A program made the position numbers and the translations under genes. A stretch of 64,000 bases of DNA from assembly GCA_944392135.1 (NCBI GenBank), contig CALXVQ010000001.1:100931-164930 (forward strand), given 5' to 3'. The notes under the pieces were generated by a model. The model saw nothing but the letters and a program-made list of their open reading frames with translations, did not search any database and was not told the DNA's origin. Source of the stretch: an uncultured Rickettsiales bacterium. Its GTDB lineage: Bacteria; Pseudomonadota; Alphaproteobacteria; Rickettsiales; UBA1997. Shown here in pieces: positions 47,196 to 56,342 of this stretch. Within the stretch, counting starts at the first letter, position 1. Each line of letters opens with the position of its first letter.

Positions 47196-48908
47196 TTACA
47201 TTTTTTCAACAGTGTTTATACCCAATAAATACAAGCATATTTCAATATATTTCTTTACTAAAAATATTAAAGATAATTTTGATTTTTTATATTCTATATC
47301 ATTTTCATTATTAATAGGGCAAGCAGAATAAAAGCTACTAAATTTCTTTGCTAACACATAAACATATTCTGCTAAGAAATTAGGAGCTCTTTTTTCATAT
47401 GCACCTGTAAATGTTTGCGAAAATCTACTCATTTCAATTAATAATTCTTTTTCTTCTTTTGTTTTAATAGTTGTAATTTTATAATCAAACTTTTCATTAC
47501 TTGCTAAAATTGAGTTAATCCTAACTAAACTATATAAAATATAAGCACCAGTCTTTCCTTCAAAATTAGTAAATTGGTCCATATCAAAAATATAGCTTGA
47601 TTCTCTATAATTAATTAAATCAGCAAACTTTAAACAAGCAACAGCAATTTTGTTAATTGTATTTTCATCTTTGATGGTTGATTTTTGAGAAATAATTTCA
47701 ATCATTTCATTAATTAGTTCTCTTAATTTTACTGTATCACCACTTCTTGTTTTAAATGGTTTGCCATCTTTGCCATTCATAGTTCCAAAAGCAATATGCT
47801 CTGCTGTGTGTTTATCATCTAAATAACCGCTTCTTTTTGCAGATTCAAAAACTTGTTTAAAATGTAAACCTTGTCTATAATCAACAACATAAAGCATTAA
47901 ATCAGGATTAATTTTTGTCTTTCTGTCTAAAATTGTAGCTAAATCACTGCTTGCATACATAACAGCACCATCACTTTTTTCAATAATTGCTGGTGGCATA
48001 TCTTTATCACTTAAATCAACAATTTTTGCCCCTTGTGAAGTAGTAATAATACCTTTTTTCTCTAAATCTGGAATCATTTGTCTAATTAAATCATGTACAC
48101 TACTTTCACCATTCCATAAATCAAAGTGTGTATCTAAAATTTTATAAATACTTTTCATATCTTCAATAGATATATTCCAAAAATATTTCCATAATGTTCT
48201 ATATGGTTTATAACCATCTTGTAATAATTTTGTAGTTTCTCTAACTTTTTCAGCAAAATGTTCGTCTTCTTTATTTTTTGCACTTCCAGCTTTATAAATT
48301 TCAAGTAAATCAGCAGGGGTTAAATTTAAATCAGTAATTTCATCTTTATCAAAACCTTCTTTAAATACTTCTGCATTGGGATATTTAATTCTAATACCTT
48401 CAATAACCATACCCATAGGAGTTCCCCAATCACCTAAATGATTATCACCAATAACTTTATCACCGGCAAATAAAAATATTCTTCTTAAACTTTCACCAAT
48501 AACAGTTGATCTTAAATGACCTACATGCATTTCTTTTGCAACATTAGGGCTACTAAAATCAATTACAACAGTTTTTTTATCTTCTTTATTATAACCAAGT
48601 TTGTCATCCTTAAAGTACGAATTTACATTTTTTAATAATTCTTCGTCTTTTAAAGTTATATTAATAAAACCAGGGCCATCAACAGAAATCTTACTAAATA
48701 AGTTTGTTTTTTCTAATTCTGGAATTATTAAATTAGCAATATCTCTTGGTGATTTTTTAAGAATTTTACATAATGGCATAGCACAGTTTGTTTGAAAATC
48801 ACTTAAATCAGGTCTATCAGAATATTGAAAAAATGCATATTTTTTATCTAATTCTAATTTATCAAAAATTTTTATTAATTCATTATTTAAAATTTCTATA
48901 ATATTCAT
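47196..48908 (-). CDS. argS: Arginyl-tRNA synthetase
   Basis: SSPNVAKEMHVGHLRS (HIGH), an MSTR-like segment FKTRSGDTV, and a DALR anticodon-binding C-terminus. The start at MNIIEIL (48908) fits homologues and avoids overlap with alr. Confidence 0.92.
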   Translation of the reverse strand: MNIIEILNNELIKIFDKLELDKKYAFFQYSDRPDLSDFQTNCAMPLCKILKKSPRDIANLIIPELEKTNLFSKISVDGPGFINITLKDEELLKNVNSYFKDDKLGYNKEDKKTVVIDFSSPNVAKEMHVGHLRSTVIGESLRRIFLFAGDKVIGDNHLGDWGTPMGMVIEGIRIKYPNAEVFKEGFDKDEITDLNLTPADLLEIYKAGSAKNKEDEHFAEKVRETTKLLQDGYKPYRTLWKYFWNISIEDMKSIYKILDTHFDLWNGESSVHDLIRQMIPDLEKKGIITTSQGAKIVDLSDKDMPPAIIEKSDGAVMYASSDLATILDRKTKINPDLMLYVVDYRQGLHFKQVFESAKRSGYLDDKHTAEHIAFGTMNGKDGKPFKTRSGDTVKLRELINEMIEIISQKSTIKDENTINKIAVACLKFADLINYRESSYIFDMDQFTNFEGKTGAYILYSLVRINSILASNEKFDYKITTIKTKEEKELLIEMSRFSQTFTGAYEKRAPNFLAEYVYVLAKKFSSFYSACPINNENDIEYKKSKLSLIFLVKKYIEICLYLLGINTVEKM

Positions 48909-48933
48909 ACTTCTACTCTGTTTTTTAATAAAA

Positions 48934-50421
48934 TTATTTAACATTTTTTGTTTCAATTCTAAGGCTTTTGCCTAAACAATAAAATATTTCTTCCTTAGAA
49001 TAATTTGTATTTTCTTCAAAAAGTTCAACTGGATAATCTTTATTAAAAATAATAACTTTATTTTCAATGTCAATATTATTATAATCATCATCAGTTAATT
49101 TTACAACAATTTGATCCATTGAAATTTTACCATATATTTGACATTTTGTATATTCGCCATCATTTTTTTGAATAAATACATAACATTTCTTTTTGCTAAC
49201 TATTGAAGATAAACCATCTAAATAACCACCAAAGAATGTAGCAAGCTTATCTCCTTTTTTTACAGAAACTAAACCATCATAGCCAACAATACCATCTTCA
49301 TCAACAATTCTTTTTTCTGTAATTTGTGAATAAAATGCTTTATATTTATTTTCAGCATTTTTTTCATAAACAGCTTTATATTTTGATTCACTAATCATTT
49401 CTTTATTTCTAGGTAAATTGCAAACAAAATTTTCTGGATCTAAATAACAATTTTCTAAAAATCTTCCAATAGATTCCATAGAAGCTATTTCTAAATTATC
49501 CAAAAAAGTTTTTAAACTTAAAGATTCACCTAAAACAACAACTTCTTTGTCTATTAAGGTTTTATCTTGTGTATCTAATATAATTTTATCATTTTGTACT
49601 AATTTAATAAATATTTTTACACCATTATATAATACATAACAATCACCATTTCCATATTGACTAAACACGCCATTATTAATACCAAATGGTAAATATAAAT
49701 TAGTACCATCAGTTCTAATATAAGATTTTATGGATATCACATCTTTAAAACCATCAAAATAACCATATAATATTTTTCCTGGACGACAAGTATTACAAAA
49801 ATCAGACAAATCAAAATTTACTATACTATCACTAGCTTCTATACCTTTTAAAATTTCTTTTTCAGGAAAATACTTTGCAACTTTTCTAAAATTATTTATT
49901 TGTCTTTCATTAGCTTCGTGTTGCACATTATCAGCACATGCAAGATGACTCATAATCATTAAAACATTAAAATCATTTTCATCTATATATTTTCTAACTT
50001 TTGCTGTGTCAGAAACTTCAAAACCATTTCTATTTAAACCCGTATTAAATTGTAAAACAATATCTTTAATATTAGCATTTTTTGATAATTCTAACTGCCT
50101 AAAATCATTAATAACTGGTGTTAGTGAATATTTTTTAAATATTTCTTCATCGCCTTTAAATAAGCTATTTAAAACAAAAATTCTCTCCAATTCTGGAAAC
50201 ATTTTTCTAAGTTCAATACCTTCTTTTAATGCAAATACAAAAAATTTTTTTTGTGGTTCTTTGATTGATAATAGTGTTTTAACAACATTATAAACACCTA
50301 CATTATATGCATTAGCTTTAACAACAGGAATAACATTATCACCTTGTCCTGTGATTTCTCTAACTTTTTCAAAATTATATATTAAGTTATCTAAATTTAT
50401 TTCTATTTTTGCTTTTTTCAT
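48934..50421 (-). CDS. alr: Alanine racemase with ~130-aa internal extra segment
   Basis: The PLP-Lys motif VVKANAYNVG and N-terminal barrel are present. The C-terminal beta-domain (IVGYDG...GGYLDGL...GKISMDQIVV) sits at aa ~365-495, preceded by a degenerate second copy of the same domain. Confidence 0.8.
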   Translation of the reverse strand: MKKAKIEINLDNLIYNFEKVREITGQGDNVIPVVKANAYNVGVYNVVKTLLSIKEPQKKFFVFALKEGIELRKMFPELERIFVLNSLFKGDEEIFKKYSLTPVINDFRQLELSKNANIKDIVLQFNTGLNRNGFEVSDTAKVRKYIDENDFNVLMIMSHLACADNVQHEANERQINNFRKVAKYFPEKEILKGIEASDSIVNFDLSDFCNTCRPGKILYGYFDGFKDVISIKSYIRTDGTNLYLPFGINNGVFSQYGNGDCYVLYNGVKIFIKLVQNDKIILDTQDKTLIDKEVVVLGESLSLKTFLDNLEIASMESIGRFLENCYLDPENFVCNLPRNKEMISESKYKAVYEKNAENKYKAFYSQITEKRIVDEDGIVGYDGLVSVKKGDKLATFFGGYLDGLSSIVSKKKCYVFIQKNDGEYTKCQIYGKISMDQIVVKLTDDDYNNIDIENKVIIFNKDYPVELFEENTNYSKEEIFYCLGKSLRIETKNVK

Positions 50422-50607
50422 TTGACAATATATTTAACCTCAACAATTTAGTATTATTATACCAATTTTATTATTTTCAAGAAAATTATGATAAGTATTT
50501 TTTTTTACAAAATATCATTTATTCATTAATATAAAATATAACAAGAAATATTTTTATATATATTACAAAAATAAGTATCCTAAATGCTAAAAAATTTGAA
50601 AAATAAA

Positions 50608-50684
50608 TGGCGCGAGTGAAGGGACTTGAACCCTCGGCCTTCTGCGTGACAGGCAGACGCTCTAACCAGCTGAGCTACACCCGC
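50608..50684 (-). tRNA. tRNA-Asp (GUC), CCA encoded
   Basis: The reverse complement GCGGGTGTAGCTCAGCTGGTTAGAGCGTCTGCCTGTCACGCAGAAGGCCGAGGGTTCAAGTCCCTTCACTCGCGCCA folds as a cloverleaf. The anticodon loop is CTGTCAC. Confidence 0.92.
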
Positions 50685-50689
50685 ATACA

Positions 50690-50766
50690 TGGTGGGTGCT
50701 ATAGGATTCGAACCTATGACCCCCTGCTTGTAAGGCAGATGCTCTAACCATCTGAGCTAAGCACCC
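50690..50766 (-). tRNA. tRNA-Val (UAC), CCA encoded
   Basis: The reverse complement is GGGTGCTTAGCTCAGATGGTTAGAGCATCTGCCTTACAAGCAGGGGGTCATAGGTTCGAATCCTATAGCACCCACCA. The anticodon loop is CTTACAA. Confidence 0.92.
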
Positions 50767-50977
50767 ATGTACAAGTAAATATATTATTGTACACTTTTTT
50801 AAAAATCAAGAAAAAAATAAATTTTATATAAAATGTCATTTATATATTAATAATTATGGTTTTGTTGAATAAATTAGAATAAAAAATATAAAAATATAAA
50901 ATAAAATTTTAAAAATAATTGCAATTAAATATATTAATTTTATATTTACATAATGTATAGAATAATTTTAAAATAAT

Positions 50978-53900
50978 ATGGCACAGGTTGAAAATTATAA
51001 CCATAAATTAGTTGAAAAGAAATGGCAAAAATTTTGGGATAAAAATAATACATTTTATTTCGATCCTAATGATAAAAAAGAAAAATTTTATATGCTTCCT
51101 ATGTTTTTATATCCTTCTGGTGAAATGCATTTAGGACATTTAAGAAATTTTTCTATTAGTGATGTAATAGCTAGATTTAAAAGACTTCAAGGTTATAATG
51201 TTCTTCATCCAACTGGTGCTGATGCTTTTGGACTTCCTGCTGAAAATGCTGCAATCAAAAGACATATACACCCTAGTGAATGGACTTATAAAAATTTAGA
51301 AAAAATTATGAATTCCATGTATGCTTGTGGCTTGTCTTTTGACAAAAGTAGAGTTTTTGCCACTTGCGACCCTGAATATTATGGTTTTCAACAAAAAATA
51401 TTTATAGATTTATACAAACATGGTTTGGCTTTTCAAAAAGAAAGTTATGTAAATTGGGATCCTGTGGATCAAACTGTTTTGGCAAATGAACAAGTTATTG
51501 ATGGTAGAGGTTGGAGAAGTGATGCCTTAGTTGAAAAGAAAAAATTGAAACAATGGTTCTTAAAAATCACAGATTATGCTGATAAATTATTAGAAAGTAT
51601 TAAAAATGGCGATTTGGCTGGCTGGCCTGAAAAAGTTAGATTAATGCAAGAAAATTGGATTGGCAAAAGTCAAGGAGCTATACTTCGTTTTTATATAGAT
51701 AAAAATGATACTCTTCCTGCCTCCCTTTGTAATGATGAAAGTTGCAAAAATAATTATCTCCATGCCTCCCTTTGTAAGGGGGGAAGTTGCGAAAATAATT
51801 CTCTCCATGCCTCCCTTTGTAAGGGGGGAAGTTGCGAAGCAACAGGGGGGTTGAGCTTAAAAAAATATATTCCATATAATAAAGATTTAGTTAAAAAAGC
51901 CAAAGAACTCAGAAAAAATCAAACACCATTAGAAAAAAAATTCTGGTATGATGTTCTATATAATAAAAGTTTTAAAAATTTAAAATGGACGAGACAAAAA
52001 CCAATAGATAATTATATTGTAGATTTTTTCTGTGATGAACTTATGTTAGCTATTGAACTTGATGGAGATACTCATTCAAATCAAGTAAAATATGATATAG
52101 AAAGAACAAATAATTTAAATAAATTGGGTATTGAAGTAATTAGATATAATAACAAAGATATATATAACAATATTGAAGGAGTTTATTTGGATTTGGAAGA
52201 AAAAGTAAATAAAAGAAAAATAGACTTAAATTCTCAACCCCCCGCTGACTTCGTCAGCACCCCCCTTACAAAGGGAGGCAAGAGTGTGGCTGATTTTGCC
52301 AACACAACTCCTACAAATGGAGACAATAGTGGACTTGATTTTATAGAAGTTTATACAACTAGACCTGATACATTATATGGAGCAAGTTTTATTGGTATTT
52401 CTGCTAATCATCCATTGGCCGAAGAACTTGCAAAAACTAATAAAGATATAGCAAAATTTATTGAAGAATGCAAAACAACTCCAATAGATGAAGAAAGTTT
52501 AGAAACTATGGAGAAAAAAGGTATTGATACAGGTATTTTTGTAGAGCATCCATTTGATAAAAATTGGAAACTTCCTGTATGGATTGCAAACTTTATTTTG
52601 ATGGACTATGGAACAGGGGCTATTTTTGCTTGTCCGGCACACGATCAAAGAGATTATGAATTTGCTAAAAAATATAACTTGCCGATTAAAGTTGTTGTTA
52701 GCCCCGATGGAAAAGATTTTGAATTAAATAATGAAGCATATGAAGAAGAAGGTATTGCTATTAATTCTAATTTCTTAAATGGACTTACTACAAAAGAAGC
52801 TAAACAAAAAGCTATTGAAAAAATTGAAGAAATGGGAATTGGTAAAGCAAAAACTAATTATAGATTGAGAGATTGGGGAGTTTCTAGACAAAGATATTGG
52901 GGCTGTCCTATTCCTATGGTATATTGTGAAGATTGTGGTGTAGTGCCAGAAAAAGAAGAAAACTTGCCAATTAAATTGCCAGAAGATGTTGTATTTGATG
53001 GTAAAGGAAACCCATTGGCTAACCACCCAACATGGAAATATACAACTTGTCCTAAATGTGGTAAACCAGCTATTAGAGAAACTGATACTATGGATACATT
53101 TGTTGATTCTTCATGGTATTTTATGAGATTTGTTGATTTAGATAAAAACAACCCAATTAATAAAGATTTATGTAATAAAATTCTCCCAATAGATCAATAT
53201 GTTGGTGGTATAGAACATGCTACAATGCATTTAATGTATTCAAGATTTTTTACAAAAGCATTAGCTGACATAGGGTATTTTGATAAATCAATTAAAGAAC
53301 CGGCAAAAAGATTATTTAATCAAGGTATGGTATGTCATAAAGCTTACAGAAATAAGAAAAAAGAATGGTGTTACCCTTGGAATGTTAAAGAAGAAAATGG
53401 AAAATATTTTGATATAAATACAGGTGAAGAATTGACTTGTGAAGGTGTTATCAAAATGAGTAAATCAAAATGCAATGTCGTTGACATTAATACAATTATT
53501 GAAGATTATGGAGCAGATGCTGCGAGATTATTTGTATTATCTGACACACCTGCTGATAAAGATTTTGAATGGACGACAGAAGGCATTGAAGGTGCTTGGA
53601 AATATATAAATAGAGTATGGAAATTAGGGGCAACTTTTGCAGAAGAAAATGATTTAGATAAATTAAAAAATATTAAAGTTAATAAAACTAATGCTTTATT
53701 AATTGAAAATCATAAAGCCGTAAAAGCTGTTAGTTCTTTCCTTGAAAATTTAGAATTTAATAAAGCTATTGCTAGATTGAGAGAATTTTCTAATGCTATT
53801 GAAAAATTTGCTCCACAAGATGATGAAGATAAAGTTATTAAATATCAATGTATTGTGAATTTAATAAAAATGCTTGCTCCATTTACTCCACATCTTTGTG

Positions 53901-54175
53901 AAGAATTAAATTCTTTATTAAAACAAACTCCTACACTTGATATTGCTTCGTGGCCTACATATGATGAAAAATTGACTATTGATACAGAAATTACAATAGC
54001 TATTCAAGTTAATGGAAAATTAAGAGGTGATATAAAAGTTGAAAAAGATTTAGATAGAACAAAAGTTGAAGAATTAGCTAAAAATCAAGAAAATGTTAAA
54101 AAACATCTTGAAGGAAAAGAAATCAAAAAAGTTATAGTTGTTCCTAATAAATTAGTTAACTTTGTTGTAGCTTAA
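50978..54175 (+). CDS. leuS: Leucyl-tRNA synthetase carrying an in-frame ~207-codon insertion
   Basis: HLGH (HIGH) and KMSKS motifs and the CP1 editing motif [12 protein letters not shown] are present, with full collinearity to bacterial LeuRS apart from aa ~246-452. Confidence 0.95.
   Translation: [1065 protein letters not shown]
51712..52333 (+). mobile_element. DUF559 (Vsr-like endonuclease) cassette flanked by structured inverted repeats, in-frame within leuS
   Basis: The 47-nt inverted repeats at 51809-51855 and 52233-52279 share identical arms. The left arm is tandemly triplicated (45-bp period from 51712). The core encodes [26 protein letters not shown]...[21 protein letters not shown]...[11 protein letters not shown]. 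Confidence 0.75.
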
Positions 54176-54188
54176 TTTAAAATTAAGA

Positions 54189-54872
54189 TTAAAAGAGTTT
54201 AAGGGCTATTGTTAGCCCTTCTTCTGTATTTAGCATTATTGTTTGATATTTATTTGAGTTTGCCAATTCTTTATTAAATTCTTTCATATTTTTTTGAGTG
54301 GTAGGTCTAACTCTTTCTGGTAAATAATCAAGATAAACAGCACCTGACAAAAAAGTATTATCGGCAACAATTAGCCCACCTTTTTTTACTAATTTTTCTG
54401 CGTATTTTAAATAATTGATATAATTAATTTTATCAGCATCAATAAAAATCATATCACATTGAATGTTTTTCTCAATTAATTCTTCAAGTTTTTTGTTGGC
54501 ATCACCGGATAATATTTCTATTTTGTTTTTAGATTTATTGTCTAATTTATTAAAAAAATCATTGGCAATATTTATACTTTTTTCATCTTTTTCTATTGTA
54601 TATATTTTGCCATCATCTTCTAATGCTCTTGCTAACCATATAGTTGAATAACCATAAAGCATACCAACTTCAATTATTGTTTTTACATCATTTGATTTAA
54701 TTAAGAATTGTAATAATTTTCCTTCTTCTGGATTAATTGTGATTGGTCTATTGTCTAGTAAGCATTTATTTCTAATTTTTTTTAATAATTCATCTTCATT
54801 AGCATACAGCTCTCTAATGTAAGAGAGCTGTGCATAATATTGTTGTCCCATTTTTTCTTGATTATTTCTCAT
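54189..54872 (-). CDS. Class I SAM-dependent O-methyltransferase (caffeoyl-CoA OMT / YrrM-like)
   Basis: EVGMLYGYST (motif I), FIDADK and ADNTF motifs, typical of the cation-dependent OMT family. Confidence 0.75.
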   Translation of the reverse strand: MRNNQEKMGQQYYAQLSYIRELYANEDELLKKIRNKCLLDNRPITINPEEGKLLQFLIKSNDVKTIIEVGMLYGYSTIWLARALEDDGKIYTIEKDEKSINIANDFFNKLDNKSKNKIEILSGDANKKLEELIEKNIQCDMIFIDADKINYINYLKYAEKLVKKGGLIVADNTFLSGAVYLDYLPERVRPTTQKNMKEFNKELANSNKYQTIMLNTEEGLTIALKLF

Positions 54873-55806
54873 CTTTTTTTGTTTCTTTAATTCCCTTTTT
54901 TGCTATTTCTTTGATTTTTTCATATCTTTGATGTTCTAATGCTATATTGGTATCTAATGGATAAACAGCATCAGTACAAATAGTATATTTAATACCATAT
55001 TCTTCAAAAATTTTGAATATTTTAGCAAATTCTTCTTCGCTTTTTACAGCTTGTGTTGTTAAATTACTTGAAATACAAATTTCAAACATAATATCAGCTT
55101 TTGCTGCAATTTTCATTAATTCTGGAAATTTATGTATTTGTACTCCATGCCCTATTCTTTTTACTTGATATTTTTCAATAATTGTTGCTAATGTTTCATC
55201 AACACCATCATAATATCTTTCACCTGCATGAATTGTAGTCATCATACCTAATGCATTAGCTGTTTTGTAGTAATTCTCAAATTCTGGTTTTAAAGGTACT
55301 CTTTCTTCTGGACCTGCTGCGTCAATTCCTTTTACACCTTTATTAAAATATTGCATAGCTTTTTTAAAAATAGCATCATTAGCAGGTTCTTCTAAATCTC
55401 TTCCTAAACAAAATATTTGTCCACCAGTAATGCCGAAGGTTGTTTTTGCTCTTTCATAACCAGCTCTGGCTGAAACTATTAATTTATCAAAGTCAATTTT
55501 AAAATTTTGACTTCTTTTATATGGATTCCATCTTAATTCAAGATAATCACAACCTACACAATAAGCATCAACAAATGATTTATAAAAAGATCTTTCAATA
55601 GCTTTTGGTGAGCTTTGTGCTTCATCAATATTGTGTATAAGACTTAAATATTCTTCAAGATTACTAACTTTCTCTTTTTTCATAGAAAGACTATCCCTGA
55701 ATTTATAAAAATCTTTGTTTTTTAATTTTAAGCCTGTTTCATTAATAATTTCAAATAACAAAACAGGATCAGTAGCACCTGATAAATGTAAATGTAAGTC
55801 TTTCAT
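54862..55806 (-). CDS. Adenosine/adenine deaminase-family metallo-hydrolase
   Basis: DLHLHLSG, HAGE, RIGHG and CTDA motifs of the amidohydrolase-type deaminases. Overlaps the downstream OMT by 11 nt. Confidence 0.75.
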   Translation of the reverse strand: MKDLHLHLSGATDPVLLFEIINETGLKLKNKDFYKFRDSLSMKKEKVSNLEEYLSLIHNIDEAQSSPKAIERSFYKSFVDAYCVGCDYLELRWNPYKRSQNFKIDFDKLIVSARAGYERAKTTFGITGGQIFCLGRDLEEPANDAIFKKAMQYFNKGVKGIDAAGPEERVPLKPEFENYYKTANALGMMTTIHAGERYYDGVDETLATIIEKYQVKRIGHGVQIHKFPELMKIAAKADIMFEICISSNLTTQAVKSEEEFAKIFKIFEEYGIKYTICTDAVYPLDTNIALEHQRYEKIKEIAKKGIKETKKDEK

Positions 55807-55964
55807 AGCCTGCCTTTTAAAAATTATTTTTAATAGTTTATGTATACAAAATCAAAAAGTCAAGAATAAATGTAATACAAAAATATTATTTATTTAAAAA
55901 TAAAACTTGCAAAATAAAAAAGAATTTTTACAACTAAATACGTTTAATAATGTAAAAAAATAAT

Positions 55965-56342
55965 ATGGAAGATATTAGATTTACAAAAGATCATTATTAT
56001 ATTATTATGGAAAACGATTTAGCTACTATTGGTTTAACGGATTTTCTTTTAGATAAAATACATGAAGAAGTTAGTTTAATTGAACTTCCAGAAGTTAATA
56101 ATTTATATAATAAAAGCGATCAAGTTGGAAGTTTATTTTTTGGAGATGATGAAATAGAATTATATACACCTGTTAGTGGCGAAATGGCAGAAATTAATGA
56201 AAATTTGGTTAGTGAACCAGATACTATTAAAAATTCAACATATGATGATAATTGGTTGTTTAGAATTTATATTACAGATACAACCGAATTATATGATACA
56301 ATGTCAGAAGAAGAATATAATGAATATTTAGAAACATTATGA
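55965..56342 (+). CDS. Glycine-cleavage H-protein-like protein lacking the lipoyl-lysine
   Basis: FTKDHYYI...ATIGLTDF...IELPEVN...LYTPVSGEMAEINENLVSEPDTIKNSTYDDNWLFRI is collinear with GcvH. The ESVKA position reads FFGDD, so Lys is replaced by Asp. Confidence 0.7.
   Translation: MEDIRFTKDHYYIIMENDLATIGLTDFLLDKIHEEVSLIELPEVNNLYNKSDQVGSLFFGDDEIELYTPVSGEMAEINENLVSEPDTIKNSTYDDNWLFRIYITDTTELYDTMSEEEYNEYLETL

Noticed and set aside
51712-52333. Intein interpretation of the leuS insertion
   Set aside because: There is no Cys/Ser/Thr at the N-terminal junction in a block-A context. There is no C-terminal His-Asn followed by Cys/Ser/Thr, and no Hint-domain motifs. The insert has DNA-level inverted repeats and a DUF559 rather than a LAGLIDADG/HNH homing domain.
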